Origin: a virus
Taxonomy: Duplodnaviria > Heunggongvirae > Uroviricota > Caudoviricetes
IMG/VR virus record: IMGVR_UViG_3300027710_000009
Reading direction: 5' to 3' (one strand)
DNA length: 64,000 bases
This document shows, one piece after another, positions 29,292 through 38,189 of the stretch (positions within the stretch are counted from its first letter, which is position 1; each line of letters starts with the position of its first letter). Both the position numbers and the translations under genes were made by a program. Below the pieces are notes generated by a model, which saw only the letters and a program-made list of their open reading frames with translations, was not told where the DNA came from and made no database searches.

Positions 29292-29588
29292 TTAGACTGT
29301 GATGCCCAAAGACTGTGCTTTGTATGCAAGTGCAACCATCTTGCGGCTGGCTTCGCCATGACGATACTCAGTTACCTGAACGCCATTACCGGCTTTGCGG
29401 CTTTTTGCGTAAACTGCATAACCACGGTTACGAATAACGCTGATGGTAGCAGTTGGGTTCTTGATGCCAAAACGCTTGCTGATTTCGGCTTCGCTCATTG
29501 TTTCGCCTTTTAGTACCAGGGCTTGGAATAGTTTACCTTGCTTGGTAGTTAGGTCAAAATTGCGAATTGCTTTAGTTTGATGTGTCAT
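29292..29588 (-). CDS. Hypothetical helix-turn-helix-like small protein
   Basis: Start refined to MTHQTKAIRNF, with an AAAGGAAAC RBS. The segment SEAEISKRFGIKNPTATISVIRNRGYAVYA looks like an HTH. Confidence 0.4.
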   Translation of the reverse strand: MTHQTKAIRNFDLTTKQGKLFQALVLKGETMSEAEISKRFGIKNPTATISVIRNRGYAVYAKSRKAGNGVQVTEYRHGEASRKMVALAYKAQSLGITV

Positions 29589-29697
29589 TTTTAAGTTTCC
29601 TTTATAAAGTAGCTGTAACAACAGCATTTGTCTAGTATAGCTGAAACCTATGAAACAAGCAAGACTTTTGACAATCTTGCTTGCAGTTTGTTAACCG

Positions 29698-29979
29698 TTA
29701 TGCTTGGTCAACAAACTTCTTCAGTTCCTCGGCCTTGCTGATGATATCCGTAGTTGACGGAAAATCAGGCATGGTTGGGTACGGAAGGGTGCCTCGGTTG
29801 GCATCATTCAGTTTGGAATGATATTCATCGTTGAGTGCTACTCGTTTTTGGTGAATAGGTGTTTCAAGGATTTCCTTGGCCAAGGTCAAGAGTTCGAGAC
29901 GGATCTCGTAAGGTGTTTTGCTCATATTTTTCTCCTTTGTGTGTGATGTGTGTCTAACACGAGCTGTGACTGTTGTCAC
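29698..29979 (-). CDS. Hypothetical protein
   Basis: ORF. The likely start is the internal MSKTPYEIRLELL at about 29925. Confidence 0.35.
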   Translation of the reverse strand: MTTVTARVRHTSHTKEKNMSKTPYEIRLELLTLAKEILETPIHQKRVALNDEYHSKLNDANRGTLPYPTMPDFPSTTDIISKAEELKKFVDQA

Positions 29980-30018
29980 AATAATACTTATAAGAAAGCC
30001 CCTTGCGGGGCTAAATTT

Positions 30019-30228
30019 TTATTTCTTTTTCTTGTCTTCTTTTTTCACTGGATCAGTTGGACTGCCCTCAGTTACTTTTTCTGCTTTTTTGTGGACCTTG
30101 ATGTTTTTACAAACTTCTTTTTTGGTTTTCTCGTCTGTTTTACAAACCTTCTTCACAGTAGCTTCTGCATACACAGTTGATGTGCTCAGGGCAAACATCA
30201 TGGCGATTGCTGTTAATAGATACTTCAT
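30019..30228 (-). CDS. Small secreted Lys-rich protein (signal peptide)
   Basis: MKYLLTAIAMMFALSTSTVYA signal peptide, then a Lys/Glu-rich region containing two Cys. Confidence 0.5.
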   Translation of the reverse strand: MKYLLTAIAMMFALSTSTVYAEATVKKVCKTDEKTKKEVCKNIKVHKKAEKVTEGSPTDPVKKEDKKKK

Positions 30229-30464
30229 AGCGGGCTCCTTAAAGTGCTTAGGTATTTATGCACAATATCAGGATCTAGCCGCAACCGTTGCGCTATCTGA
30301 TCTGCGGTTAATTTACGTTCCAAACATTGACGGATTTCGCTATGCTGATCTCGTTGTCTGTTCAGAAAAAATGGAGCCACATCAGCCCCATTTTTCTTGG
30401 TACTTTGCAAGTGCAAGTTGTCTCGCAAGCCACAGCCTAAATTTAACGTGTTCACTGAGATCAC
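30225..30464 (-). CDS. Hypothetical protein with HTH-like C-terminus
   Basis: LTADQIAQRLRLDPDIVHKYL resembles sigma-factor region 4 or a LuxR-type HTH. Overlaps the next ORF, so the start is uncertain. Confidence 0.3.
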   Translation of the reverse strand: MISVNTLNLGCGLRDNLHLQSTKKNGADVAPFFLNRQRDQHSEIRQCLERKLTADQIAQRLRLDPDIVHKYLSTLRSPL

Positions 30465-30630
30465 TGTTGTCTAGTTTTGTTTTGTTGTGTACAAGTTCAG
30501 GACGACGATATGCTACGTAGAAAGTTATTTCATCGTAACCATCGTCATCACTGTGCTCTATATCACTTGCCAGCGGCTGGTGCTGGTGTAGCTGGTGTAG
30601 CAGCCTTTTTGTCGCCCGACTTTGTATCAC
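30382..30630 (-). CDS. Hypothetical protein
   Basis: ORF that overlaps 30225-30464 by 83 nt. One of the two starts is probably wrong. Confidence 0.25.
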   Translation of the reverse strand: MIQSRATKRLLHQLHQHQPLASDIEHSDDDGYDEITFYVAYRRPELVHNKTKLDNSDLSEHVKFRLWLARQLALAKYQEKWG

Positions 30631-30784
30631 TTTTGACAGGCTTCTTTTCGTCCTTCTTGAGTGCGGCAGGAACAGGTGCGTCAGCTTTGGTCACTGCTGG
30701 TGTTGCTACAGGAGCCTTGGGTGCATCTGCGGCAAATGCGCTTACTGCAAACAACGATGCGATTACTACGGCTAGTGATTTCAT
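30563..30784 (-). CDS. Small secreted Ala/Pro/Lys-rich protein
   Basis: Start refined to MKSLAVVIASLFAVSAFA (signal peptide), with an AAAGGAAAC RBS. Confidence 0.5.
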   Translation of the reverse strand: MKSLAVVIASLFAVSAFAADAPKAPVATPAVTKADAPVPAALKKDEKKPVKSDTKSGDKKAATPATPAPAAGK

Positions 30785-30837
30785 TTTAGTTTCCTTTTGG
30801 GTTAGATGCAGTTGTGTCTGCATATACTAATAACGCA

Positions 30838-31050
30838 CTAGGGCTTGATTGCGTTGACATCATCTGGACGAAATGCATCCGTTTTCTTGCTTAGTTCAAA
30901 ACTACCATCACCGCGATCAGACCAAATCAATGTATCGCCTTCTTTCCAGCCTGCTTGTTCCAACATTTCGGGCGGAAACTCAAGTACACAGTCTCCGGTT
31001 TCTGGATCCTCTTGCACTTCTAGAGTCCAGGATGTTTGCTTGGTAGTCAT
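30838..31050 (-). CDS. Hypothetical small acidic protein
   Basis: Start refined to MTTKQTSW, with an AAAGGAACA RBS. Confidence 0.35.
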   Translation of the reverse strand: MTTKQTSWTLEVQEDPETGDCVLEFPPEMLEQAGWKEGDTLIWSDRGDGSFELSKKTDAFRPDDVNAIKP

Positions 31051-31184
31051 TTTGCTTGTTCCTTTGGTTCTATTTTCTTTTCGATTGGCGGCGTATCGGG
31101 TGGCCAAACCTGATCCTTTACATAGCTGGCACCAAACCATCCCCAAGCAGAAAAAAATCCCCACATCATAATTTCAAGTACCAT

Positions 31185-31421
31185 CTACCCTCCCCAATTG
31201 TGGTATGCTTCTGCACCGCAATCCATTCTCCATGGACATTGGCTGAGCCTTATTGTACTACAATCATCCTCACCAAAGCAATGAGGCCGGCGAGTTTCAT
31301 CTCGCATCAAACGAATAATGGTATGCAGTTCCGCACGTTCTCGAGAATCGCCCTGCCCTGTGTTAGAGAGCAGAGCTTCTTCGTTAAGCAGATCCTGGAG
31401 TTTCGTCATCGGACTCATCAA
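31185..31421 (-). CDS. Hypothetical protein
   Basis: ORF. Confidence 0.3.
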   Translation of the reverse strand: MMSPMTKLQDLLNEEALLSNTGQGDSRERAELHTIIRLMRDETRRPHCFGEDDCSTIRLSQCPWRMDCGAEAYHNWGG

Positions 31422-31584
31422 GCTCTACCACCGCAGGCTTATCTGCCGCCGGCGGCCTGCCGGCTTTGCGCGGCGCACCCCATGGGTTAAAAGTTGACCC
31501 TTCTGGAATGCCACTTACTCCTACCGCAACTTGCTGGATTACTCCACCATTGGCCAGGAATGCTTTGATTGCTTCATCTGTCAT
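31384..31584 (-). CDS. Hypothetical protein
   Basis: ORF. Confidence 0.3.
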   Translation of the reverse strand: MTDEAIKAFLANGGVIQQVAVGVSGIPEGSTFNPWGAPRKAGRPPAADKPAVVELDESDDETPGSA

Positions 31585-31598
31585 TTATTTCCTGTTGG

Positions 31599-32390
31599 TT
31601 ATTTAGGCATCATCAATGCGTTGAAGTTTGAGGGCACCACAATGGTCTGCACTTGACCGTTCTTGATACCTTCTGAGATGTTCAACATGGCCTGTGCTTG
31701 CATGAATGCAATACTTGCACCTGAGTTGTTGGCCAGTGCTGCCATACGACGCGATTCGGCTTCAGCAGTTTTGACTTCAACTTCCTTCTGCTTCAATTCG
31801 TTCTTTGAACGAACCAATGCGTTAGCACTTTCAACCACAGAGTCAGCTGGCACAACATTACGAATCAACACTTGGCTGATCATAATAGTACCGTCTAACT
31901 TTTCTTCAGCCAAGTTGCGAACAATCTCGTCTTGGATGAACTTTTCCATTTCACCGCGATTGTCGGCCATGTCCAAGGCCTCATACTTACGAGCGGCTTT
32001 GTAGATAGCGTTACGAGCATTTTGTACAATGTAGTTGTACATCACATAGGTATCACCTTTGAACTCAGCGTGGAATGCTTTGTTCTTGGTTGCGTACAAT
32101 TCACTGACCTGCTGTGGATTGATGTTGTAAACAACCACTGCATCAAAGTCTTTCATGGTTGAGTTGTCTTTGGCCACAGGAGTCATGTTCTCTAATGTGA
32201 CATTCACGTCCTTGATAGGAAATGTGAGCACATCACCGATCAACACTTGATTGAATGAGCCAGGCATGAGTTCGCCTGGCTGAACCTGGCGGTCAAAACC
32301 AACTCGCACACCAACTTCACCCGTTTCAATACGAGTACAACCTGTTGCCAACACAGCCGCGGCAAGAACGGAAAGAGTCAAAATACGCAT
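31599..32390 (-). CDS. SPFH/band-7 (prohibitin/HflKC-like) lipoprotein
   Basis: Lipoprotein signal MRILTLSVLAAAVLATGC. The C-terminal coiled coil LVRSKNELKQKEVEVKTAEAESRRMAA is typical of the SPFH domain. Confidence 0.7.
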   Translation of the reverse strand: MRILTLSVLAAAVLATGCTRIETGEVGVRVGFDRQVQPGELMPGSFNQVLIGDVLTFPIKDVNVTLENMTPVAKDNSTMKDFDAVVVYNINPQQVSELYATKNKAFHAEFKGDTYVMYNYIVQNARNAIYKAARKYEALDMADNRGEMEKFIQDEIVRNLAEEKLDGTIMISQVLIRNVVPADSVVESANALVRSKNELKQKEVEVKTAEAESRRMAALANNSGASIAFMQAQAMLNISEGIKNGQVQTIVVPSNFNALMMPK

Positions 32391-32399
32391 TATGTTTCC

Positions 32400-32576
32400 T
32401 TAAAATAAAATTACAATCACAGTCATTGCTAGAACAGCCAGCAATGCAACACCCACACTGTACGTCACGGACTTGGTCAAAGTCCAGTGTTCCATGCCAT
32501 TCATGTTTCTCCAGGCAGTGATGCCCAGGTGAATCAAAACAGCAAGAATAGCAAATACCAACCATAGTCTAATCAT
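32400..32576 (-). CDS. Small 2-transmembrane membrane protein (58 aa), possible NfeD/YqiJ-like SPFH partner; not in the ORF track
   Basis: Own translation: MIRLWLVFAILAVLIHLGITAWRNMNGMEHWTLTKSVTYSVGVALLAVLAMTVIVILF. A GGAG RBS is present. TGATG coupling with the upstream gene. Lies immediately upstream of the SPFH gene. Coordinates approximate. Confidence 0.4.
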   Translation of the reverse strand: MIRLWLVFAILAVLIHLGITAWRNMNGMEHWTLTKSVTYSVGVALLAVLAMTVIVILF

Positions 32577-32839
32577 CAATAACTCCTTGTAATTGCATGG
32601 TAGGTCAAGAACGCCTTAAACGCATTATATACTATTTCTGCTTCCTTGTCATCCTGTTCAACCAGTTTCCCACGAACATAAAAGCCCGTCTTGGTAATCT
32701 TGAGCATTTCACTGCTTTCGATATCAGTACCAGCATGAAACACAATGTTGCCAGCTTCGGGTTCATTGCCACGCAAGGCCAACACCGTGCCAGGAAAACT
32801 GGGATCTCGGCTGGCGCTTAACGCTCGTTTTTTAATCAT
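32576..32839 (-). CDS. Hypothetical protein
   Basis: ORF. Confidence 0.35.
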   Translation of the reverse strand: MIKKRALSASRDPSFPGTVLALRGNEPEAGNIVFHAGTDIESSEMLKITKTGFYVRGKLVEQDDKEAEIVYNAFKAFLTYHAITRSY

Positions 32840-33048
32840 GATGGTAACCTGTATTTCTTCAAGTAGTTCTTTGCAAAGTCCACATCCTCTGCATCATACA
32901 CAGGTGCTTCGGGCTCATCAAGATCAATCTTCAATCCAAACTTGACAGTGTAAAGATCCACAAGACTGTCAATTAGTGTGCCCAATACCTGTTCATCCAG
33001 CTTGTCTACTCCAACCAAATTGATCTTAAGATTTTTGTTCATAGTCAT
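32836..33048 (-). CDS. Hypothetical acidic protein
   Basis: ORF. Confidence 0.35.
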   Translation of the reverse strand: MTMNKNLKINLVGVDKLDEQVLGTLIDSLVDLYTVKFGLKIDLDEPEAPVYDAEDVDFAKNYLKKYRLPS

Positions 33049-33201
33049 GTATCCTGGCTTTGATCTTGATCATTTCTTGTTCTGCGTTGGTAAGAATCAC
33101 ATCTGCAAATTTCATACAGAATAGACCAAACCAAAGCTCGTCAAGCACCTCTTCAGGTGCACCGGCTTGTTGTGCTAATTTTTTCAATTCTTTGTTCATA
33201 C
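33049..33201 (-). CDS. Small protein, paralogue of 33196-33378 (about 55 aa; not in the ORF track)
   Basis: Own translation begins MNKELKKLAQQAG, versus MNERLKKLATEAM for the adjacent gene. Coordinates approximate. Confidence 0.3.
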
Positions 33202-33378
33202 CGGATACTCAATTCCAAAGTGCGTGTCCTGCAGACATCGGGCCGCATCATCGTAGCCGTTGTTGATCAAGGTACGGATACAGTCCTGGATGATCAGTTT
33301 GTCAAACTGCTCCAGTCGCGGTTCACTGACCATATGGATCATTGCTTCAGTTGCTAGTTTTTTCAATCGTTCATTCAT
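33196..33378 (-). CDS. Small protein (60 aa), MN-x-x-LKKLA family
   Basis: ORF. A tandem paralogue lies downstream. Confidence 0.4.
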   Translation of the reverse strand: MNERLKKLATEAMIHMVSEPRLEQFDKLIIQDCIRTLINNGYDDAARCLQDTHFGIEYPV

Positions 33379-33742
33379 TGTTTACTTCCTCTACTGGATG
33401 GTCAGGGATGTTTTCTGTGTCGCCATCTTTGGCCGGTACAAATCCCATGGCCAACATCTTTTGCTCTTCGGAATAGGTACAACGAGGGCGGAACACAAAC
33501 AGTCGGCAAGTGAGATTGTCTTGGCTGTAGTAGATCCTATACCGCACTTGCTCTATACCCAAAGTATCAGCCAGTTCCTGCAATGTGAATGCTTCGGGCC
33601 AGTCCTCGGTTACACTGGTTCGGGTCTTTTCAAAGTAGAAATCCTGCATACGCTGTACGTCAGAACCTCGACCCCAAAATGCGTTTTGCTCACACCACGC
33701 AATCTTGCGGTCCAGCATCTCTGTTGTAATTTCATTGGTCAT
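33371..33742 (-). CDS. Hypothetical protein
   Basis: ORF. Confidence 0.4.
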   Translation of the reverse strand: MTNEITTEMLDRKIAWCEQNAFWGRGSDVQRMQDFYFEKTRTSVTEDWPEAFTLQELADTLGIEQVRYRIYYSQDNLTCRLFVFRPRCTYSEEQKMLAMGFVPAKDGDTENIPDHPVEEVNNE

Positions 33743-33939
33743 TTAGTAAACCTCGGTATGCCAGCAGGTGAACCAACGTACTGAAAACTTGATAGCATGG
33801 GCAACAATTTCTCCAGATCCTCTGCAGGGTGGCGTAAAATCTCAGGCATAGCCGCACCATCAACCAGCATGAAGTACAGTTTCTCGGTGCCTTCTTCTAT
33901 CTGGCGATCAAAGATATGTTGTAGATCTTCTAAGGTCAT
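33739..33939 (-). CDS. Hypothetical protein
   Basis: ORF with ATGA start/stop coupling. Confidence 0.35.
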   Translation of the reverse strand: MTLEDLQHIFDRQIEEGTEKLYFMLVDGAAMPEILRHPAEDLEKLLPMLSSFQYVGSPAGIPRFTK

Positions 33940-34286
33940 TGCGTCCTCACAATCCGTGTTACATTAGCAACACGGAAACTACGCCATTCCATTTTGTCCA
34001 AGCACCATACACTCAGCGTCTCAGGCTTGTACACACGAGTCTCGTGAAACTCTCGGAGTGGCTGTGGTGGTAGCAAGGTGCTATCCAAAGTACAGGGCAT
34101 GGTTCGTGTTTCACCGTTTACTTTGGTAAAGGTAACTTCACACACGCCGTGATGTAACATGCTACGAATCTCTCGATTGCGGCTGTCCACATCCAGGTCA
34201 TCTGGTGCTTGGTTATATACAATTTCCATACTGCTCATAATGTTGCTTTCATTGGACTGTTCAACAAATGCAAGCGATCTGCACAC
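33936..34286 (-). CDS. Hypothetical protein
   Basis: ORF. Confidence 0.4.
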   Translation of the reverse strand: MCRSLAFVEQSNESNIMSSMEIVYNQAPDDLDVDSRNREIRSMLHHGVCEVTFTKVNGETRTMPCTLDSTLLPPQPLREFHETRVYKPETLSVWCLDKMEWRSFRVANVTRIVRTQ

Positions 34287-34383
34287 TTGCGCAGATCCCC
34301 GCTCAATGCACCTTTGCCAAGTTGTTGTTCAACAAGTCGTGCAATGTCATGCAGATTGATTACTGCTTGTGCCAGTTGTTCGT

Positions 34384-34665
34384 TCATGCTTTGACCTCAA
34401 AAATGTTTGACCAAGTTTTCAATTTCTCACGTTTGGCTTCTGCGGCCTTTTCAATTCCTGACCAGCTCACAATATCCAGTTCCTGTAGGATATCAATCAT
34501 GGCATACAAATCACCCAGTTCTTCTTCCAGGTGCTCTCTGTTGGTCTTGGGCTTGCCGGGCTTGTGATTGTCAATGCCAAACCTGCGGATCTTGCTCACT
34601 GCTTGGATTACTTCTGCACATTCTTCTTGCAGAATATCCATTACTTCATTTGTTGTTTTGTCCAT
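34384..34665 (-). CDS. MazG-like nucleotide pyrophosphohydrolase (small phage type)
   Basis: The acidic E-x-x-E-L-G-D-L motif (EEELGDLYAMIDILQE) is typical of MazG/HisE-like all-alpha NTP pyrophosphatases. Confidence 0.55.
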   Translation of the reverse strand: MDKTTNEVMDILQEECAEVIQAVSKIRRFGIDNHKPGKPKTNREHLEEELGDLYAMIDILQELDIVSWSGIEKAAEAKREKLKTWSNIFEVKA

Positions 34666-34858
34666 TATGCCATCCTGTCTACATTTTGTCCTGAACGATT
34701 CATTTGTTGATTCATTTCAATTCTTTTTTGCTCGTCGATTTCTCGATTGTGTTTGACTCTACGCTCGTCTTGAACACCTTCTGAATGCCGCTGGTCTGAC
34801 TTTTTAATTTCTGTCTGTCTATAAATTTCGTTATTTTGTGCAACAACTCTAGATACTG

Positions 34859-36166
34859 TCATAACTTTTCACCCACTGCAAAACCACGGAAGCCTTTGAA
34901 TCGCGGAAAGCGCAGGCTCCACGCACCGTCGCTGTCTTGATTCTGTGTTGCGGCATCTGCACGAACTTCAACTATGCTACCCAACACTTGAGCTTGGCTA
35001 CCCCAGATTGTTTCACGCAAGGCATCAGTAAGACCCGAGCCCACATTGGTACGGATAGTCTTACCGTCATCCACACCTTCCACAATCAAGGCACCCAGTT
35101 TGCCTGCGTTCTTGCCTGTGCCTTCTTCAAAGCCAACCACGGTCAAGCTCACTTCAATAAAAGGCTTTTGCTTGAGCCAGGCCACTGTGCGTTTGGTTTC
35201 GTAACGTGCTTCTGGATCTTTGATCATGATACCTTCGAAGCCGCCTGCCACTGCTTGCGTATTGATCATTTTGAAGCGAGCCAAACCTTTTGCAGTATCC
35301 AAGTCCACTAGCTCTTGTCCTACCACAGTGACATCTGGCATGTGTGCTTCAATGCTGTCGTACCAGGCTCGTAGTGTAGTGCTACGATCAATTTGACGTT
35401 GCTCACCTACGCCTGCTTGGAACTCACGCAGGGTCAACATGTCAAACAAGTTCAACATGGCGTCATTGGCTTTGACATCACTCTTGCGATGCACTTGCTT
35501 CATCAAGTCTTGAAAACTTGCACTCATAATCTCACCGTCCAAGACCATGGGTTCTGCAAACAGTGAGGCATGTTTGGCCAGTTGTTGTTTCACATGCGGA
35601 AAGTTGACCAGTTCTTTGCCATTGCGGCTGTACTGATCTACTTGTCCATTTGGGTACACAATAGTAATCACACGCACACCGTCCAGCTTGACTTCAATCA
35701 GCTTTTCACCTGTGACCTTGCTTTCATGATTGGCACCGTCATGTGCCAGTTGGCAAGAGAACACAGGCACATGATAACGTTCGTGGGCATGTTTGTTGAT
35801 TGTGCTGTCGCTGGTACCACAGCGCATGTCCTTGATTAGGATGCGTCGATACCACATGTTCCATTCTGCTTCTGTGGCGTCCTGGCGCATGACATTGATT
35901 TCAGTTTGTGCGGCATTGCCAGTGAGTCGGCGCTCACTCAATTCCTGTGCCACACGCCAGAAACGTTCTGCTTTTAATCCCTTGCCGTCGCCTGTCTTGG
36001 GCTCTACCTTTTTAACACCAAAGGTGATCATGGCATCATATGCGGCACGGAAGCCACGGAACAGTTCATCGTTGCCGTTTTCGCTTTCACGACGAACCAC
36101 TGCTTCTTTGATCAAGCGGCTGTTGTCGCCTTCCAGCTCTGCAATTACTTCCCATGGTTTAAGCAT
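34859..36166 (-). CDS. ATP-dependent DNA ligase
   Basis: KLDGVR adenylation motif I, EGIMIK motif IV, and a C-terminal OB fold carrying FPRF. Start refined to MLKPWEVIAELEG at 36166. Confidence 0.85.
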   Translation of the reverse strand: MLKPWEVIAELEGDNSRLIKEAVVRRESENGNDELFRGFRAAYDAMITFGVKKVEPKTGDGKGLKAERFWRVAQELSERRLTGNAAQTEINVMRQDATEAEWNMWYRRILIKDMRCGTSDSTINKHAHERYHVPVFSCQLAHDGANHESKVTGEKLIEVKLDGVRVITIVYPNGQVDQYSRNGKELVNFPHVKQQLAKHASLFAEPMVLDGEIMSASFQDLMKQVHRKSDVKANDAMLNLFDMLTLREFQAGVGEQRQIDRSTTLRAWYDSIEAHMPDVTVVGQELVDLDTAKGLARFKMINTQAVAGGFEGIMIKDPEARYETKRTVAWLKQKPFIEVSLTVVGFEEGTGKNAGKLGALIVEGVDDGKTIRTNVGSGLTDALRETIWGSQAQVLGSIVEVRADAATQNQDSDGAWSLRFPRFKGFRGFAVGEKL

Positions 36167-36527
36167 TTTGAACCTCTTCGATGTGGCGGCAAGCACCGCG
36201 GAATTTGAAACCAGCACAAGTGCAATTATACACTGAACCATCTTTTTCTACAACATATTTGGCGCCTTTGCTACCCTCAATGGTCCAGGTTGGGTTGGCA
36301 CTGACCTCAACTTTTGTATCAGTCCAGTTGTAGATGTCATTGCGCACTTCCACAAACTTGCGTCCGCGGGTGTCAATTTGAATTGGTGCTCGGAATGTCT
36401 GAGTGTCTTTGGGATTACCAAAACGAGCATAGGCATGCATCTTGTTTCGGGCATCATCCATCCAGTACACATGATTGCAGTTGAACTGGGTATCTGCCCA
36501 TTCTGTAATTTCTAAAAATGCTTTCAT
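36159..36527 (-). CDS. SWIM zinc-finger protein
   Basis: The C-terminal CTCAGFKFRGACRH matches the SWIM signature C-x-C-x(n)-C-x-H. Confidence 0.55.
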   Translation of the reverse strand: MKAFLEITEWADTQFNCNHVYWMDDARNKMHAYARFGNPKDTQTFRAPIQIDTRGRKFVEVRNDIYNWTDTKVEVSANPTWTIEGSKGAKYVVEKDGSVYNCTCAGFKFRGACRHIEEVQNA

Positions 36528-36554
36528 GCGCCGTTTCCTTAGTGTCTAGCATAC

Positions 36555-36583
36555 AGTATAACAAAATGAGCCATTTAGGTCAA
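36555..36583 (-). promoter_or_regulatory. Sigma70 early promoter, cassette copy (TTGACC-N17-TATACT)
   Basis: Minus strand: TTGACCTAAATGGCTCATTTTGTTATACT. A terminator lies immediately upstream. Confidence 0.55.
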
Positions 36584-36594
36584 CCGTTTTTGGC

Positions 36595-36629
36595 CACAAA
36601 AAAACCCTTGATCAACAAGGGTTTTTTCT
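36595..36629. terminator. Bidirectional intrinsic terminator (AAAAAACCCTTG-atcaa-CAAGGGTTTTTT)
   Basis: Perfect 7-bp GC-rich stem flanked by an A-run and a T-run. Confidence 0.6.
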
Positions 36630-36647
36630 AGTACTTTTGTTAACAAA

Positions 36648-36722
36648 TTAACGATTTGCAATGTACATGGTAATTTCGAAGCCGAAACGCATGTCTTGTG
36701 CAGTTGGTGTAGACCATTTCAT
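36648..36722 (-). CDS. PqqA-like 24-aa peptide (RiPP-precursor-like); not in the ORF track
   Basis: Own translation: MKWSTPTAQDMRFGFEITMYIANR. Strong AAGGAG RBS 7 nt upstream. Lies between a sigma70 promoter (36555-36583) and a hairpin terminator (36595-36629). Resembles PqqA (MKW..P....E...G.E.T.Y, with E-x-x-x-Y). Confidence 0.4.
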   Translation of the reverse strand: MKWSTPTAQDMRFGFEITMYIANR

Positions 36723-36840
36723 AATTTTCTCCTTGAATGACATACTGTTGATGTCTTAGTATGTATGAAGATTATACGACAAAAAATGGTCAAATCATAT
36801 CCAGGAAATCATTAATCTTGGCTAGTGAAATTCACGAGGC

Positions 36841-37038
36841 CTACTGTTCAGATCTGCCACTGGTGCAACTGTCATTCCAAAGACCCTGTGCTTGCTTTTT
36901 GTATTCGTACAGCTCAAGTTCATTCTTGTATTCATCTTCGGTGAGACCATGCCAGCCACAACACTTGCCGGTTGGACTACGACCACAACCACATCGGCCA
37001 ATGTCTTCTGGATTGTCTTTTACTCTCACTTGCATCAC
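36841..37038 (-). CDS. Small Cys-rich protein
   Basis: Contains CGCGRSPTGKCCGWHG. Confidence 0.35.
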   Translation of the reverse strand: MMQVRVKDNPEDIGRCGCGRSPTGKCCGWHGLTEDEYKNELELYEYKKQAQGLWNDSCTSGRSEQ

Positions 37039-37454
37039 TTGCCTTTTGTTTGCTCAGCAATTATTTTGTATCCTGTACCAGTAGGATGTACACCGTCAGC
37101 ACTCATGTGATTTTTAGGTCGAGCAATGATTGTATCCCCGTACTCTTTAGCAATCCGAACGATTGCATCGTGTGGAATAGGTTTACGATCCTGTCCTGGA
37201 TCAATCCAGTACACACGATCTCCTTTGATCGCTTCGCGCATTTTACGTAGTTCTGCTTCTGTCTTGACACCTTTATGATCATTAGCACCTAGACTGATGA
37301 TAATTGTTTTGGAGGGTTGGTTGGATGCTTTGGAAAGATAGTCCTTGTTCCATTGCCAACTATTCCATCCGCCTTTGCTGTAACTAACACACTCAGGTCT
37401 AGCCTGTGATGTGCCCACTGCTATTGAATCTCCGAGTATCAAACATTCTAACAT
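37035..37454 (-). CDS. SGNH/GDSL-family hydrolase
   Basis: GDSIA block I, GAND block III, and DGVHPT block V. Confidence 0.6.
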   Translation of the reverse strand: MLECLILGDSIAVGTSQARPECVSYSKGGWNSWQWNKDYLSKASNQPSKTIIISLGANDHKGVKTEAELRKMREAIKGDRVYWIDPGQDRKPIPHDAIVRIAKEYGDTIIARPKNHMSADGVHPTGTGYKIIAEQTKGK

Positions 37455-37465
37455 TTTGTCTCCAA

Positions 37466-37975
37466 TTAACTGTTAAGAACTTTAGCAACTGAATTCATAA
37501 CTGATGCAATGCGCCCAATGTCACGAAGTTGTTCCACTGTGTAGCCTTCTGAGTTCTTCAATGTGTCATAGTGTGCCTTAACACAGAAGTGACACTTGCC
37601 CACAATACTTGCGGCCAACGAGAATGCTTCAAAGTTTGCTTTGGTAGTTCCACCATGACTTGCAATAGCATTCATGCGTAACTGTGCTGGCAAACCTTTG
37701 AGTGCGGCATCATCTGCCATTTCAACATAGGGATACCATACGTTGTTCTGTGCCATGATGCTGGCGGCTGTCATTGCTGACTCTGCATGTACAGGAGCAT
37801 CTGCTAAAATTACTGACAGAATTTTGCCATTGCCTGTTGCGGCCAGTGCGGCTACGGCACATCCCATGGCCACATCTGCGTCTAGTGTGCTACGCAGTAA
37901 CACCGCATCTAGATTTAATTTTGTATCTTTGGCGTAGTCTGGTAACGCACCTTTTACTGATTCAATAAAATTCAT
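37466..37975 (-). CDS. AhpD-like / carboxymuconolactone decarboxylase-family protein
   Basis: CHFCVKAH matches the AhpD C-x-x-C-x-x-x-H active-site motif. ATG start at 37975 (MNFIESV); the longer track ORF starts at a TTG. Confidence 0.6.
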   Translation of the reverse strand: MNFIESVKGALPDYAKDTKLNLDAVLLRSTLDADVAMGCAVAALAATGNGKILSVILADAPVHAESAMTAASIMAQNNVWYPYVEMADDAALKGLPAQLRMNAIASHGGTTKANFEAFSLAASIVGKCHFCVKAHYDTLKNSEGYTVEQLRDIGRIASVMNSVAKVLNS

Positions 37976-37976
37976 T

Positions 37977-38189
37977 TTAATATTTTCCAGAAACAAAGTA
38001 TTTTTGCAACACTTCTAGTTTATCTTCATATTCCGCAATGTGCGCAATTTCAGTTTCCACAGCCGCCATCCAGTCAGTGTGATCATGAATGGCCATAGGG
38101 TTGTTCAACATGATCTCCACATTCATTTTGTGCTTGGTCAGTTGTGCTGAAAAGTTTGCTTCCAATGCACTAAGTAATTGTTGTTTCAT
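37977..38189 (-). CDS. Hypothetical protein
   Basis: ORF. Confidence 0.35.
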   Translation of the reverse strand: MKQQLLSALEANFSAQLTKHKMNVEIMLNNPMAIHDHTDWMAAVETEIAHIAEYEDKLEVLQKYFVSGKY

